Assembly: GCA_963826115.1 (NCBI GenBank)
Contig: CAWGVS010000006.1
Location: forward strand, 864,001-928,000
Length of the DNA stretch: 64,000 nucleotides
Direction of reading: 5' to 3'
Origin: an uncultured Candidatus Rokubacteria bacterium
GTDB taxonomy: Bacteria; Methylomirabilota; Methylomirabilia; Rokubacteriales; DASRDR01
Shown here piece by piece: positions 37,393-49,433 of the stretch (positions within the stretch are counted from its first letter, which is position 1; every line of letters starts with the position of its first letter). Both the position numbers and the translations under genes were made by a program. The notes under the pieces are model-generated. The model was not told the DNA's origin. It made no database searches and worked only from the letters and a program-made list of their open reading frames with translations.

Positions 37393-37853
37393 CGGGGCCG
37401 CGCCGTGTCCACCGCGCGATGCCGCGTGCCGCGGGCGGGCGTGATGAAGAGGAGGTCGCTCGGCCGGCGGACCACGAGCCGGTGCCACGTCCCGCGCGGG
37501 ACGAGACAGGCCTGGCCGCCCCGGAGGGGGAAGCGGCGCTCGCCGCGAGGCTCCTCGAGAATCACCTGGAGCGCGCCGGTCACGAGGTAGAGAAGCTCGT
37601 CGCCGGCCGGGTGCATCTCCCACTCGTCCGCGTGGAAGTCGGCGGGCACGGCGCCGTGCTTCATTCCCACCAGGCGGTCCCGGTCGGTCGTTCGGAGCCG
37701 CCGGAAGACACCGCGCGTCCACGCGATCGGGAGCGCCCGGCCGTTCCCCCGGAGGCGTACCAGCGTGGCGAACGGATCGAACGCCGGCCGGCGGGCGCGC
37801 GGGCGCGCCCGTCCCGCGCCTGCGCGAGACCGCGCGGAGCCGGCGCCCGTCAT
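37389..37853 (-). CDS. Cupin-domain protein
   Basis: WEMHPAGDELLY, VPRGTWHR. Confidence 0.8.
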   Translation of the reverse strand: MTGAGSARSRAGAGRARPRARRPAFDPFATLVRLRGNGRALPIAWTRGVFRRLRTTDRDRLVGMKHGAVPADFHADEWEMHPAGDELLYLVTGALQVILEEPRGERRFPLRGGQACLVPRGTWHRLVVRRPSDLLFITPARGTRHRAVDTARPR

Positions 37854-38182
37854 GCGCGCCGCGCCTCCTGGGCCTCGGTCACGACGGCGGTCCCGTAGCA
37901 GAGGACCTCCGCGGCTCCGACCATGGGGCCGGTGTCGTAGCGGACGCCGACGACCGCGTTGGCGCCGAGCTCCCGCGCGTGCGCCACCATCAGCCGGAAG
38001 GACTCGTCGCGGGCGGTCTCGCAGAGGTCGGTGAAGATCCCGGCCCGGCCGCCGAAGAGCATCCGCAGGCTGCCGAGGATGGTGACCGGGAGGGACCGCG
38101 TCCGGACCGTGAGCCCCCGGACCAGCCCGAGACACCTGACGGTCCGGGCGCCCGGTACCTCGAACGTCGTGCTCGTCAGCAT
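37850..38182 (-). CDS. YbjQ/UPF0145-family protein
   Basis: LGLVRGLTVR, GANAVVGVRYD, EVLCYGTAV. Confidence 0.9.
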   Translation of the reverse strand: MLTSTTFEVPGARTVRCLGLVRGLTVRTRSLPVTILGSLRMLFGGRAGIFTDLCETARDESFRLMVAHARELGANAVVGVRYDTGPMVGAAEVLCYGTAVVTEAQEARRA

Positions 38183-38198
38183 GATGCCTCCTGTCCGG

Positions 38199-39323
38199 TC
38201 AGGTCCCCTGGGACCGCGCCGGCCGGCGGAACAGGGCCTCGATCGGTCCGCGGAGCGCGTACTCGAGCGCGCCGCAGACGAGGATGATCAGGCCCTGGAT
38301 GACGACGACCATGTCCCGGGTCAGCTTGGGCATGTCGAACGACAGCTCGGATCCGCCCTGGTAGAGCGCGCCGAACAGCACGGCGGCCAGCACGATGCCC
38401 GCCGGGTGGTTGCGCCCCATCAGCGAGACGGCGATGCCGACGTAGCCGGCGCCGCCAACGAAGTTGAGGAGCAGGCGGTGCTGGACGCCGGTGATCTCGT
38501 TCAGGCTCACGAGCCCCGCCAGCGCGCCCGAGATCGACATGGCGACGATGATCGTGCGGGCGGGCGAGATGCCCGCATAGACCGCGGCCGTCTCGTTGAG
38601 GCCGAGGGCGCGCAGCTCGTACCCCCAGCGTGTGTGCCAGAGGTAGAACCAGACGAGCACGCATGCCGCGAGGGCGAAGACCGCCGACAGGTTGAGCGGC
38701 GACCGCCCGATCTCCACCCCGACCGCGCGGAGGACCTCGTGGACCTGCGGGAGCCAGGTGTTCGGATCGAACTCCCGCGTTTCCGGCGACTGCTGCCCCG
38801 GCTTGATGAGGACGTTCACGAGGAGGTGCGTCATGACCGCGGCCGCGATGAAGTTGAACATGATCGTCGTGATCACGACGTGGCTGCCGCGCCGGGCCTG
38901 GAGCCACGCCGGCACGAACGCCCACGCGGCGCCGCCGGCCGCCGCCACGACGATCGTGGCCGGGATGACCAGGAGCGTCGGCCAGCCCCCCGCGCCGAGA
39001 CAGAGGAGCGCCACGCCGAGGCCGGCGATGTAGGCCTGGCCCTCGGCGCCGATGTTGAAGAGCCCGCCGTGGAACGCCACGGCGACCGCGAGCCCCGTGA
39101 ACACGAAGTTCGTCGCGTAGTAGAGCGTGTAGCCGATGGCCTCCGCGTTGCCGAAGGCGCCGGCGGTCAGGAGCCTGAGCGCGCGCACGGGGTTCTCGCC
39201 CACCAGGAGCACGACCACCCCCGACAGGAGGAGCGCCAGGGCGAGGTTCGCGGCGGGCACGAGCGCGACGCTCACCCAGGCGGGCGGCCGCCGCGCGATC
39301 CCGGAGGTGGCCGGCGCCTTCAC
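38199..39323 (-). CDS. Nucleoside ABC permease (NupB-like)
   Basis: GLFNIGAEGQ, VITTIMFNF, GIAVSLMGRNHP. Confidence 0.9.
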   Translation of the reverse strand: MKAPATSGIARRPPAWVSVALVPAANLALALLLSGVVVLLVGENPVRALRLLTAGAFGNAEAIGYTLYYATNFVFTGLAVAVAFHGGLFNIGAEGQAYIAGLGVALLCLGAGGWPTLLVIPATIVVAAAGGAAWAFVPAWLQARRGSHVVITTIMFNFIAAAVMTHLLVNVLIKPGQQSPETREFDPNTWLPQVHEVLRAVGVEIGRSPLNLSAVFALAACVLVWFYLWHTRWGYELRALGLNETAAVYAGISPARTIIVAMSISGALAGLVSLNEITGVQHRLLLNFVGGAGYVGIAVSLMGRNHPAGIVLAAVLFGALYQGGSELSFDMPKLTRDMVVVIQGLIILVCGALEYALRGPIEALFRRPARSQGT

Positions 39324-40897
39324 GGAGTCGACGCGCTCTCGGCCGTCGCCGGCACGCCGGCCATCATGAGGCCGATCTCGCGCTCGGTGGCGGTCGCCTG
39401 CGGCACCTCGCCCACGATGCGCCCGTCGTGCATCACCAGGATGCGGTCGGAGAGCGCCAGGATCTCGTCGAGCTCGACGGAGACCAGGAGGATCGCCTTC
39501 CCGGCGTCGCGGAGCGCGACCAGGCGCCGGTGGATGAACTCGATCGCGCCGATGTCCACCCCGCGCGTGGGCTGCCCGACGAGGAGGAGGTCGGGATTCC
39601 GGTCGAGCTCGCGGGCCAGCACGATCTTCTGCTGGTTGCCGCCCGAGAAGGCCGACGTGGGGAGGCTGCCGTCCCCCGGGCGGACGTCGTACTCCGCCGC
39701 CTGACGGCGGAAGCCCGACGCGACCGCGCCCCGGCGCAGGCGGAGGCGGCGGTTGTACGTCGGCTCGTCGTGGTAGCCGAGGATCGCGCTCTCGCGGGCC
39801 GTGAAGGGGATGACGAGGCCCGTCCGCTGCCGGTCCTCGGGCACGTGGGAGAGCCCGAGCCAGCGCATGCCCCGGGGCGAGCGCGTCTTCTCGTCGGTGA
39901 TGTCCTGGCCCCGCCAGCGGATCCGGCCCGACTTCACGGGGTGGATGCCGGCCAGCGCCTCGAGGAGCTCCGACTGGCCGTTGCCGGCGACGCCGGCGAT
40001 CCCGACGATCTCGCCGCGCCGGACCGCGAAGCTCACGCCCTTCACGCGCGTCACGCCGAGCCCGTCCTCGACGACGAGGTCAGAGACCTCCAGGACGGGC
40101 TGCCCGGGTCGAGCGGGCGTCTTGTCGACGCGCAGGCTCACGCGGCGGCCCACCATCATCTCCGCGAGCTGCTCGGCCGTCGTCTCGGCGGTCGGCAGGG
40201 TCGCGACGATCTGCCCCTGGCGCATCACCGTGACCGTGTCCGTGACCTCGCGGATCTCGCGGAGCTTGTGCGTGATCAGGACCACGGTCTTGCCCTCGCC
40301 GCGGAGCGCGCGGAGGATGCGGAAGAGGTGGTCCGCCTCCTGGGGCGTGAGGACGGCGGTCGGCTCGTCGAGGATGAGGACGTCGGCGCCCCGGTAGAGC
40401 GCCTTCAGGATCTCGACGCGCTGCCGCTGGCCCACGCCGAGGTCGCCGACGCGCGCGTCCAGGTCCACCTCGAGGTGGTACTCCCGGCCGAGCCGGAGGA
40501 GCTCGGCCCGTGCGCGCGCGAGTCCGCGCCGCAGGAGGAAGCCGCCCTCCACGCCGAGCACGACGTTCTCCACCACCGTGAACGGCTCCACGAGCATGAA
40601 GTGCTGGTGGACCATGCCGATGCCCGCCGCGAGCGCGTCCTGTGGGCTCCGGATGGCCGCCGGCTGCCCGCGCACCAGGATCTCGCCCTGGTCGGGCAGG
40701 TGATACCCGTACAGGATCCCCATCAGGGTGGACTTGCCCGCGCCGTTCTCGCCGACGATGCCGTGGACGGTGCCGGGCCGGATGGCGAGCGAGACGTCGC
40801 GGTTCGCGTGGACCGCGCCGAACCACTTGTGAATGCCGCGAAGCTCGATGACGGGCGGCGGCGACCCGCCGCTCGAAACCATCGCGCGGTCAGACAC
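39320..40897 (-). CDS. Nucleoside ABC ATP-binding protein (two ATPase domains)
   Basis: GENGAGKST, ILDEPT, SGGNQQK, QPTRGVDIGA. Confidence 0.93.
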   Translation of the reverse strand: MSDRAMVSSGGSPPPVIELRGIHKWFGAVHANRDVSLAIRPGTVHGIVGENGAGKSTLMGILYGYHLPDQGEILVRGQPAAIRSPQDALAAGIGMVHQHFMLVEPFTVVENVVLGVEGGFLLRRGLARARAELLRLGREYHLEVDLDARVGDLGVGQRQRVEILKALYRGADVLILDEPTAVLTPQEADHLFRILRALRGEGKTVVLITHKLREIREVTDTVTVMRQGQIVATLPTAETTAEQLAEMMVGRRVSLRVDKTPARPGQPVLEVSDLVVEDGLGVTRVKGVSFAVRRGEIVGIAGVAGNGQSELLEALAGIHPVKSGRIRWRGQDITDEKTRSPRGMRWLGLSHVPEDRQRTGLVIPFTARESAILGYHDEPTYNRRLRLRRGAVASGFRRQAAEYDVRPGDGSLPTSAFSGGNQQKIVLARELDRNPDLLLVGQPTRGVDIGAIEFIHRRLVALRDAGKAILLVSVELDEILALSDRILVMHDGRIVGEVPQATATEREIGLMMAGVPATAESASTP

Positions 40898-41379
40898 TAT
40901 CGCGTGAACTCCTGTCGGAATTCGTCTCGGGTCATGATGCGAGTCTTGAACTCTCGTTCCAGCTGCTCGCGCCTGCCGGCCCGAACGAAGCCTCGCATGT
41001 CGTTCGTCACGAAGATGTGTCTGCCCGCCTGCACGTGTGCGCAGAAGATCATCGCGTCGCGCAGCTGGCGGCGCTGACCGTCCGTCAGACTCGAGCGTTG
41101 CCCGGCTGGCGGGAAGCTCCCGGCGCTGATGATAGCCAGTACCCCTTCGAGACAGTCACTACTGGCGGGATCCCCCCACGTGGCGTTGCCCCACTGAGAT
41201 TCGCCCCATACGGCGGTTTCGACAGTACGTTTCACAGATGTTGGTGCCGCTCGCTGGGCAAGGCCTCCGACTTCGCGGTCCGTGACTGAGACGATGGAAA
41301 ACTCGAGCTCGGCGGGGCGCACTGCGGCAAGTAGATCGTCAATCGGGAGGACATTCGTGTCGACTGTTACGAGAAGTAC
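40897..41379 (-). CDS. PIN-domain-like protein (start non-canonical or uncertain)
   Basis: VTVDTNVL, RDAMI, IFVTND acidic PIN motifs; GGAGG followed by GTA. Confidence 0.6.
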   Translation of the reverse strand, partial: VLLVTVDTNVLPIDDLLAAVRPAELEFSIVSVTDREVGGLAQRAAPTSVKRTVETAVWGESQWGNATWGDPASSDCLEGVLAIISAGSFPPAGQRSSLTDGQRRQLRDAMIFCAHVQAGRHIFVTNDMRGFVRAGRREQLEREFKTRIMTRDEFRQEFTR

Positions 41380-41398
41380 GCTCGCCTCCGCGGTGCTG

Positions 41399-41653
41399 CT
41401 AGCCAAGGATCTGGTCGTAGTCCGAGTGGCTGCCGATCCAGAACCACACGAGGCCATCGGCGGCTTCGACCGCGAGTGCTCGATGACGATTTCCAACGCG
41501 AGCAGACCAGAAACGACCCACCTTCTTGAAGTGAAGGGAAGGATGGTGCGGGTCGTGCTTCAAGTGGGCATAGGATCGATCGGCGAGCTTTTGGACCTCC
41601 GGCGACAGCGATCGGTAGCAGGCCCAGAAATCGGGTGACGCGTGGTGAGTCAG
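41399..41653 (-). CDS. RelE/ParE-superfamily toxin, CTG start (absent from the ORF track)
   Basis: Hand translation, 84 aa: LTHHASPDFWACYRSL...DPHHPSLHFKKVGRFWSARVG...WFWIGSHSDYDQILG*; CTGA overlap with the upstream stop. Confidence 0.8.
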   Translation of the reverse strand: MTHHASPDFWACYRSLSPEVQKLADRSYAHLKHDPHHPSLHFKKVGRFWSARVGNRHRALAVEAADGLVWFWIGSHSDYDQILG

Positions 41654-41850
41654 AAGGGCTTGGTCTTCCCGGCTGCGTGGTCACGAAGGGCTTTGTCGGC
41701 AAGGCGATCCAGCTTGCCAGCCTGGACGTCACGCTCGAGCTGACGGTCCCACTCGGCCCAGTCGTACTCCAGAAACCAGGCCCGAAATTGCGCAAGCTCC
41801 TCGGGAGAGAGCGCCCGGACGTCCTGCTCGATCCTTTCGACGTTGCCCAT
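41650..41850 (-). CDS. Putative antitoxin
   Basis: 66-aa acidic protein (LSPEELAQFRAWF..WDRQLERDVQAGKLD) coupled to the toxin gene. Confidence 0.75.
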   Translation of the reverse strand: MGNVERIEQDVRALSPEELAQFRAWFLEYDWAEWDRQLERDVQAGKLDRLADKALRDHAAGKTKPF

Positions 41851-41949
41851 GACCGCGTACCGGCACCGCTAGTCTAGCATCCGACCCCGTTTCGACGCGT
41901 CTGCGGCTTCGGCCTGCGCCCTCCGTCAGGGGGGCCGCAGGCGGGCGGC

Positions 41950-42954
41950 CTACTTCGCCATGTAGTCGGTGACCTTGAGCTTGCCGGCCACGATGTCGGC
42001 GCGCGCCTGCTGGAGACGCTTCTCCATCTCCGGCGTGATCAGCTTCCGGTTGTGCTCGTCGATCGAGTAGCCCACGCCGTTCTCGGCCAGGCCGAGGTTC
42101 CGGACGCCGGCCTTCCACGTGCCGTCCTTCGCCGTCTTGAACGTCTCGAAGATCGCGACGTCGACCCGCTTGATCATGGAGGTCAGGATCGTGCCGGGGT
42201 GGAGATGGTTCTGGTTCGAGTCGACCCCGATCGCGAGCTTCCCCTTGTCCTTGGCCGCCTGCAGCACTCCGAGGCCGGTCGCGCCCGCCGCCGCGTAGAC
42301 GACGTCGGCGCCGCGGTCGAACTGGCTCCGCGCCAGCTCGCCGCCCCGCGTCGGATCGTTCCAGGCCGCCGGCGTCGTCCCGGTCATGTTCTGGAAGATC
42401 TCGATCTTCGGGTTGACGTACTTCGCGCCCTCCTCGTAGCCGAGGGCGAAGCGGCGGATGAGCGGGATGTCCATCCCGCCGACGAAGCCGACCTTGCCGG
42501 TCTTCGACGCCATGGCCGCCGCCATCCCGACCAGGAACGAGCCCTCGTGCTCCTTGAAGACGATCGACTGGACGTTCGGCAGGTCCACGACCGCGTCGAT
42601 GATGGCGAACTTCAGGTTCGGGAACTCCTTGGCCACCTTCTCCATGCCGGTCGCCTGCGCGAAGCCGATGCCCACCGTGATCTGGGAGCCGCGCCGCGCC
42701 ATGTTGCGGAGCGCCTGCTCGCGCTGGGCCTCGTTCGTCACCTCGAACTCGCGGTACGCGATCCCGGTTTCCTTCTTGAATCGCTCCGCGCCGTTGAACG
42801 CGGCCTCGTTGAAGGACTTGTCGAACTTCCCGCCCATGTCGAACACGAGGGCGGGGGCGAACTCCTGGGCGGAGGCCACCCCGGCCGGGCCGCCGGCCAG
42901 CGCGACGAGCAGGAGCACGAGGACGGCCACGATGGATCTCCGCGGATGTGTCAT
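41950..42954 (-). CDS. BMP-family nucleoside-binding protein
   Basis: DKSFNEAA, FKEHEGSFLVG, AIGVDSNQ, SMIKRVD. Confidence 0.92.
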   Translation of the reverse strand: MTHPRRSIVAVLVLLLVALAGGPAGVASAQEFAPALVFDMGGKFDKSFNEAAFNGAERFKKETGIAYREFEVTNEAQREQALRNMARRGSQITVGIGFAQATGMEKVAKEFPNLKFAIIDAVVDLPNVQSIVFKEHEGSFLVGMAAAMASKTGKVGFVGGMDIPLIRRFALGYEEGAKYVNPKIEIFQNMTGTTPAAWNDPTRGGELARSQFDRGADVVYAAAGATGLGVLQAAKDKGKLAIGVDSNQNHLHPGTILTSMIKRVDVAIFETFKTAKDGTWKAGVRNLGLAENGVGYSIDEHNRKLITPEMEKRLQQARADIVAGKLKVTDYMAK

Positions 42955-43186
42955 GTCGAGCGCCCCCCGTTCAGTCGCGATGGTGTGGACGACGGCGGGC
43001 GAGCCGAGCGCCCGCGTCGGTTCCGGCGCCCCGATGATACCCATCCGCCCGGGGTTAGCCTAGCCCGTGTCCGGGTCCGCAGCCGCCGGCGTCGACCCTA
43101 TCCGGCCCGGCCCCGGCGCCGTCGTCTGGCGAGGCCGGCGCGATTCGGCTAAGCTCGATGCCGGCCTGGAGGCGGGCGAGCCGACG

Positions 43187-43735
43187 ATGAGCGCCAAGGT
43201 CCGGATCTACCTGGCGGGTCCACTCGGCTTCTCCGAGGCCGGCCGGCACTTCTACAACACGGTCCTCGTGCCCCACGTGCGGGCGCTCGGCTACGAGGTC
43301 CTCGATCCCTGGACGCTCACGGACGCCCGGCGGATCCGGGCCGTCCAGGACCTGCCGTACGGTCCCGCGAAGCGCGAGGCGTGGCGCGCGCTCAACCTCG
43401 AGATGGGGGCGACGAACCGGACGGCCATCGATTCCGCCCGGGCGGTCGTCGCGGTCCTCGACGGCACCGACGTGGACAGCGGGACCGCCGCGGAGATCGG
43501 CTACGCGTTCGCGCGGGGCAAGCTGATCGTCGGCTACCGGGGCGACTTCCGCCTGAGCGCCGACAACGAGGGCAGCACGGTCAACCTGCAGGTCGAGTAC
43601 TTCATCCGCGAGAGCGGTGGTACGATCGTCGATCGCTACGAGGACCTCGGTCGAACGCTGCGCGCGCTGCGGACGCCGAGCCGGCCGCGCCGCGCGGCGT
43701 CTCGCCGCCGCGAGCGTCCCCGAAGCGTGAGATGA
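43187..43735 (+). CDS. Nucleoside 2-deoxyribosyltransferase-family protein
   Basis: IYLAGPLGFS, VDSGTAAEIGYA. Confidence 0.88.
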   Translation: MSAKVRIYLAGPLGFSEAGRHFYNTVLVPHVRALGYEVLDPWTLTDARRIRAVQDLPYGPAKREAWRALNLEMGATNRTAIDSARAVVAVLDGTDVDSGTAAEIGYAFARGKLIVGYRGDFRLSADNEGSTVNLQVEYFIRESGGTIVDRYEDLGRTLRALRTPSRPRRAASRRRERPRSVR

Positions 43736-43807
43736 TCGCGTGAGAGGATCGGTGGTGCGCGCTGCGCGCGTCGGGCCCACGTCGATGAGCGTCACGGGAG
43801 GAGTCGC

Positions 43808-44731
43808 ATGAGAGCCAGGATCGCGAGACACCCCATGGCCAGCTGGTTGATCGTCCTCACCCTGATCGCGGCGATGGGATGCGCCGCGCAGGCCCCGGCC
43901 CCGGCGGCCAAGGCTCCGGCTCCCGCGGCCGCGCCGGTTGCCGCCGCACCGGCAGGCCCACCCCAGCACGATCTCCTCGACGCGGTCCTCTGGATGCAGA
44001 AGTCCGTGGAGTACAAGGCGGCGACCATGGCCGCCTACGCGCTGGCCAAGCTCCGCCTCGACCAGGCCCTGGCCGATCCCAGCTGGACGGCCCTCGTGCC
44101 GAAGGAGCAGTCGGGCAACTACCAGTCGCTGCCGCCGGCAGTGATCCTGGACGTCGACGAGACGGTGCTCGACAACTCCGGGTACCAGGCCTGGAACGCG
44201 ATCAAGGACACGACCTTCGACTCGAAGACCTGGACCGCCTACGTGAACTCGGAGACGTCGCTGCCGATTCCCGGCTCCCTCGAGTTCGCCAAGTACGCCG
44301 CCTCGAAGGGGGTGAAGGTCTTCTACGTCTCGAACCGCACCGCCGAGGAGGAGCCGGCGACGCGGAAGAACCTCGAGAAGTACGGGTACCCGCTCGACGG
44401 CGGCATCGACACGGTGCTGACCTCGCGGGAGAAGCCGGACTGGACCTCCGCGAAGAGCACGCGCCGCGCGTACGTCGCCAAGGATTACCGGGTGCTGCTG
44501 AACCTCGGCGACAACTTCGGCGACTTCGTCGACGAGTACCGGGGCACCGAGGCCGAGCGTCTCGCCGTTCTGGAGCGGCACCAGGGCCGCTGGGGCCGCG
44601 AGTGGATCATGCTCCCGAACCCGACGTATGGGTCCTTCGAGTCCGCGCCGTACAAGCATGACTTCAAGCTGTCCGAGGCGGACAAGCGCAAGGCGAAGCG
44701 GGACGCGCTCCAGCCCTGGCCCGGTCCCTGA
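43808..44731 (+). CDS. 5'-nucleotidase lipoprotein, e(P4) family
   Basis: Lipobox AMGC, LDVDETVLDNS, YVSNR, GDNFGDF, LPNPTYGS. Confidence 0.9.
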   Translation: MRARIARHPMASWLIVLTLIAAMGCAAQAPAPAAKAPAPAAAPVAAAPAGPPQHDLLDAVLWMQKSVEYKAATMAAYALAKLRLDQALADPSWTALVPKEQSGNYQSLPPAVILDVDETVLDNSGYQAWNAIKDTTFDSKTWTAYVNSETSLPIPGSLEFAKYAASKGVKVFYVSNRTAEEEPATRKNLEKYGYPLDGGIDTVLTSREKPDWTSAKSTRRAYVAKDYRVLLNLGDNFGDFVDEYRGTEAERLAVLERHQGRWGREWIMLPNPTYGSFESAPYKHDFKLSEADKRKAKRDALQPWPGP

Positions 44732-44765
44732 GGGGCCCGGCGTCCCACGGGATGGCGTCCTCCCG

Positions 44766-45239
44766 GTGAGGAGCGAGCGCGCGCGGGTGGCCCTGGTCGG
44801 CGGGGCCGGGACCTTCCTCGCGCTGCGCGCGCTCCGCCTCCCGTCCTGGGCGGTGGCGGCCGCTCTTCCGGAGGTCGTCGTCTACAAGAGCGCCACCTGC
44901 GGGTGCTGCGCGGAGTGGGTGTCGCACCTCCGGCGTCACGGGTCCCCCGTGAAGAGCACGGACGTCTCCGACCTCCAGGCGGTCAAGGCGCGACACGGCG
45001 TCCCCGCGGATCTCCAGTCGTGCCACACCGCGCTGGTCGCGGGCTACGTCGTGGAGGGGCACGTCCCGGCCGACCTGGTCGGGCGTCTGCTCCGCGAGAA
45101 GCCGCGCGTCCTCGGTCTCGCCGTCCCGGGGATGCCGGCCGGATCGCCCGGGATGGAGACGGCGGACGGGCGCGTCGACCGCTACCAGGTCCTCACGTTC
45201 GATCGGAGCGGGAAGACGGCGGTCTTCGCGACGCGGTGA
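44766..45239 (+). CDS. DUF411 (CopG-like) metal-binding protein
   Basis: [28 protein letters not shown]. Confidence 0.88.
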   Translation: MRSERARVALVGGAGTFLALRALRLPSWAVAAALPEVVVYKSATCGCCAEWVSHLRRHGSPVKSTDVSDLQAVKARHGVPADLQSCHTALVAGYVVEGHVPADLVGRLLREKPRVLGLAVPGMPAGSPGMETADGRVDRYQVLTFDRSGKTAVFATR

Positions 45240-45268
45240 CACCCTCGGGCCCTCCCGGCGGACCGCCG

Positions 45269-47764
<2,496 letters not shown>

Positions 47765-47776
47765 AGGGGAGCTGGC

Positions 47777-48280
47777 CTAGACGGACGACGGAACGCCGAG
47801 CGCCGCCGCGACGTCGCGGATCGCGCGGGTCTCCGCCTCGCTCACGCGGACCCCGCCGATCCCGAGGATGCCACCCTCTTTCGCCGCCTCGGCGGTCCGG
47901 TGGGCGATCGACAGGAGCCACCGCTTGACCTCGTCGGCCTCGTCGCGGGGCGCCTTCCGGTCGACGAGCGCAGCGAACGCCCGGCAGGCATCGAGCGCCT
48001 GTGCCCGGAGCTGTTCGACCGCGACCCCCCGGAGGTCGCCGGCGTCCACCGACGCACGCCCGTCCGGCGAGGCGAGGTCGACGACGAGCGCCCGCAGGAG
48101 CGCGCCGTGACCCTCGGGGCGCGCCTTCGTCTCGGCCACGACCTTGCCCACGGCGAACATCTCGCGCAGCACCCCGAGGGGGCCGCTGGGGCTGGCGGCC
48201 ACCACCGCCAGCCCCGCCATCAGAGGGGCCTTGAGGACGATCTTCCACTCGTCGGCCGAGTAGTCGGTCTTGCTCGACAC
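47777..48280 (-). CDS. Conserved hypothetical protein
   Basis: YSADEW..., AEAAKEGGILGIGGVRVSEAE; coding-like composition. Confidence 0.75.
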   Translation of the reverse strand: MSSKTDYSADEWKIVLKAPLMAGLAVVAASPSGPLGVLREMFAVGKVVAETKARPEGHGALLRALVVDLASPDGRASVDAGDLRGVAVEQLRAQALDACRAFAALVDRKAPRDEADEVKRWLLSIAHRTAEAAKEGGILGIGGVRVSEAETRAIRDVAAALGVPSSV

Positions 48281-48307
48281 GGCGAGTCCCTCGTTACCGG
48301 CGATGCC

Positions 48308-48898
48308 TCAGGACTTGGCGGCCGGCGGCACCGGCATGCCGAGCGCCTGGAGCGCCTCGACGGTCTTCGCCTTGACCGTGTTCGCCTTGGCGACGGCGTC
48401 CGCGACATTGCCGCCGGTGTACGCGGCCATCGCGTCGGCCCAACCCTGGGTCGCCGCGGCCACGTCGGTCTTCGCGGTCTCGAACTGCTCCTTCGTCACG
48501 TTCGCGGGGAGCTTCTTGCTCTTGGAGAGGATGTCGACGCGGGACTTGACGGCCTCGATCATCTTGGGCAGGCCGGCGCTCATCTCCTCCCAGCTCTTGG
48601 TCAGTTCCGCCTTCTTCGCGGCGGCCGCCGCGGCGACGCTCTTCGCCTGGGTCGCGAGCGCCGGCGCCTCGGCCAGGACGGCCTTGTAGTCGCCCTTCGC
48701 GAACTTGTCCTTCACGGCGGCCAGGGAGGTGTCCAGCGCCCGCATCTGGTCCGGGATCCACTTCGCGGCCTCCGCCTTGACCTCGGCGATCGCGGCCTCG
48801 GCCCCCTTGATCGCCTGCTCCGCCGGCGCCTTGTCGCTGGCGCAGGCCGACAGGAGCGCCAGGGCCGTCGCGCAGATGACACCTCTCACGCCTCGCAT
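48308..48898 (-). CDS. Ala/Lys-rich helical lipoprotein
   Basis: Lipobox LSAC, RBS GAGGAG. Confidence 0.8.
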   Translation of the reverse strand: MRGVRGVICATALALLSACASDKAPAEQAIKGAEAAIAEVKAEAAKWIPDQMRALDTSLAAVKDKFAKGDYKAVLAEAPALATQAKSVAAAAAAKKAELTKSWEEMSAGLPKMIEAVKSRVDILSKSKKLPANVTKEQFETAKTDVAAATQGWADAMAAYTGGNVADAVAKANTVKAKTVEALQALGMPVPPAAKS

Positions 48899-48941
48899 CG
48901 TCGTCTCCTCGCGTCGGGTGATGTGCTTCGGCCAGCCGGGC

Positions 48942-49151
48942 TCAGGGGATGCGGAGTCGCTGGCCGATCTTGATCTTGTCCGGATCCTTCAGCACGTCGC
49001 GGTTGGCCTCGAAGATCTTCGGGTAGAGGCTCCCGTCGCCGTAGTAGCGCTCGGCGATCTTCCACAGGGACTCGCCCTTCGCCACCTCGTGCCACTGCTC
49101 GGCGCTCCACGCGTCCCCGCCGCCCTGCACCGCCTCCATCCTGTCGCTCAC
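48942..49151 (-). CDS. Stand-alone LysM protein
   Basis: HEVAKGESLWKIAERYYG...IFEAN..DPDKIKIGQRLRIP. Confidence 0.88.
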   Translation of the reverse strand: MSDRMEAVQGGGDAWSAEQWHEVAKGESLWKIAERYYGDGSLYPKIFEANRDVLKDPDKIKIGQRLRIP

Positions 49152-49293
49152 GCTTCGCCCTCCTTTTCCTCACGCCGTTGTGCTCGCCGCGTCTCGACCT
49201 CGCCCATCCAGGCCGCGGGACGACCAGCGGCCTCGGGGCGGCCGACCGCGCGCCACTGATCTCAGACTCCGACACCGGCATGGGCCTGCGCAA

Positions 49294-49309
49294 TACGACC
49301 TTGGTCGTA
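49294..49309. promoter_or_regulatory. 7-2-7 inverted repeat in a divergent promoter region
   Basis: TACGACC-TT-GGTCGTA. Confidence 0.4.
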
Positions 49310-49433
49310 CAGAGTCTTCCGGGCCCGATGGTGGCCGGGGGGACGGGTCCCATGGCGTGGGCGCCGTGCTACGATACGCCCCGCCTCGACCGGGGCGGTC
49401 CATGCCCGCGAGGACGTCGAAGGAGGCCCCACG

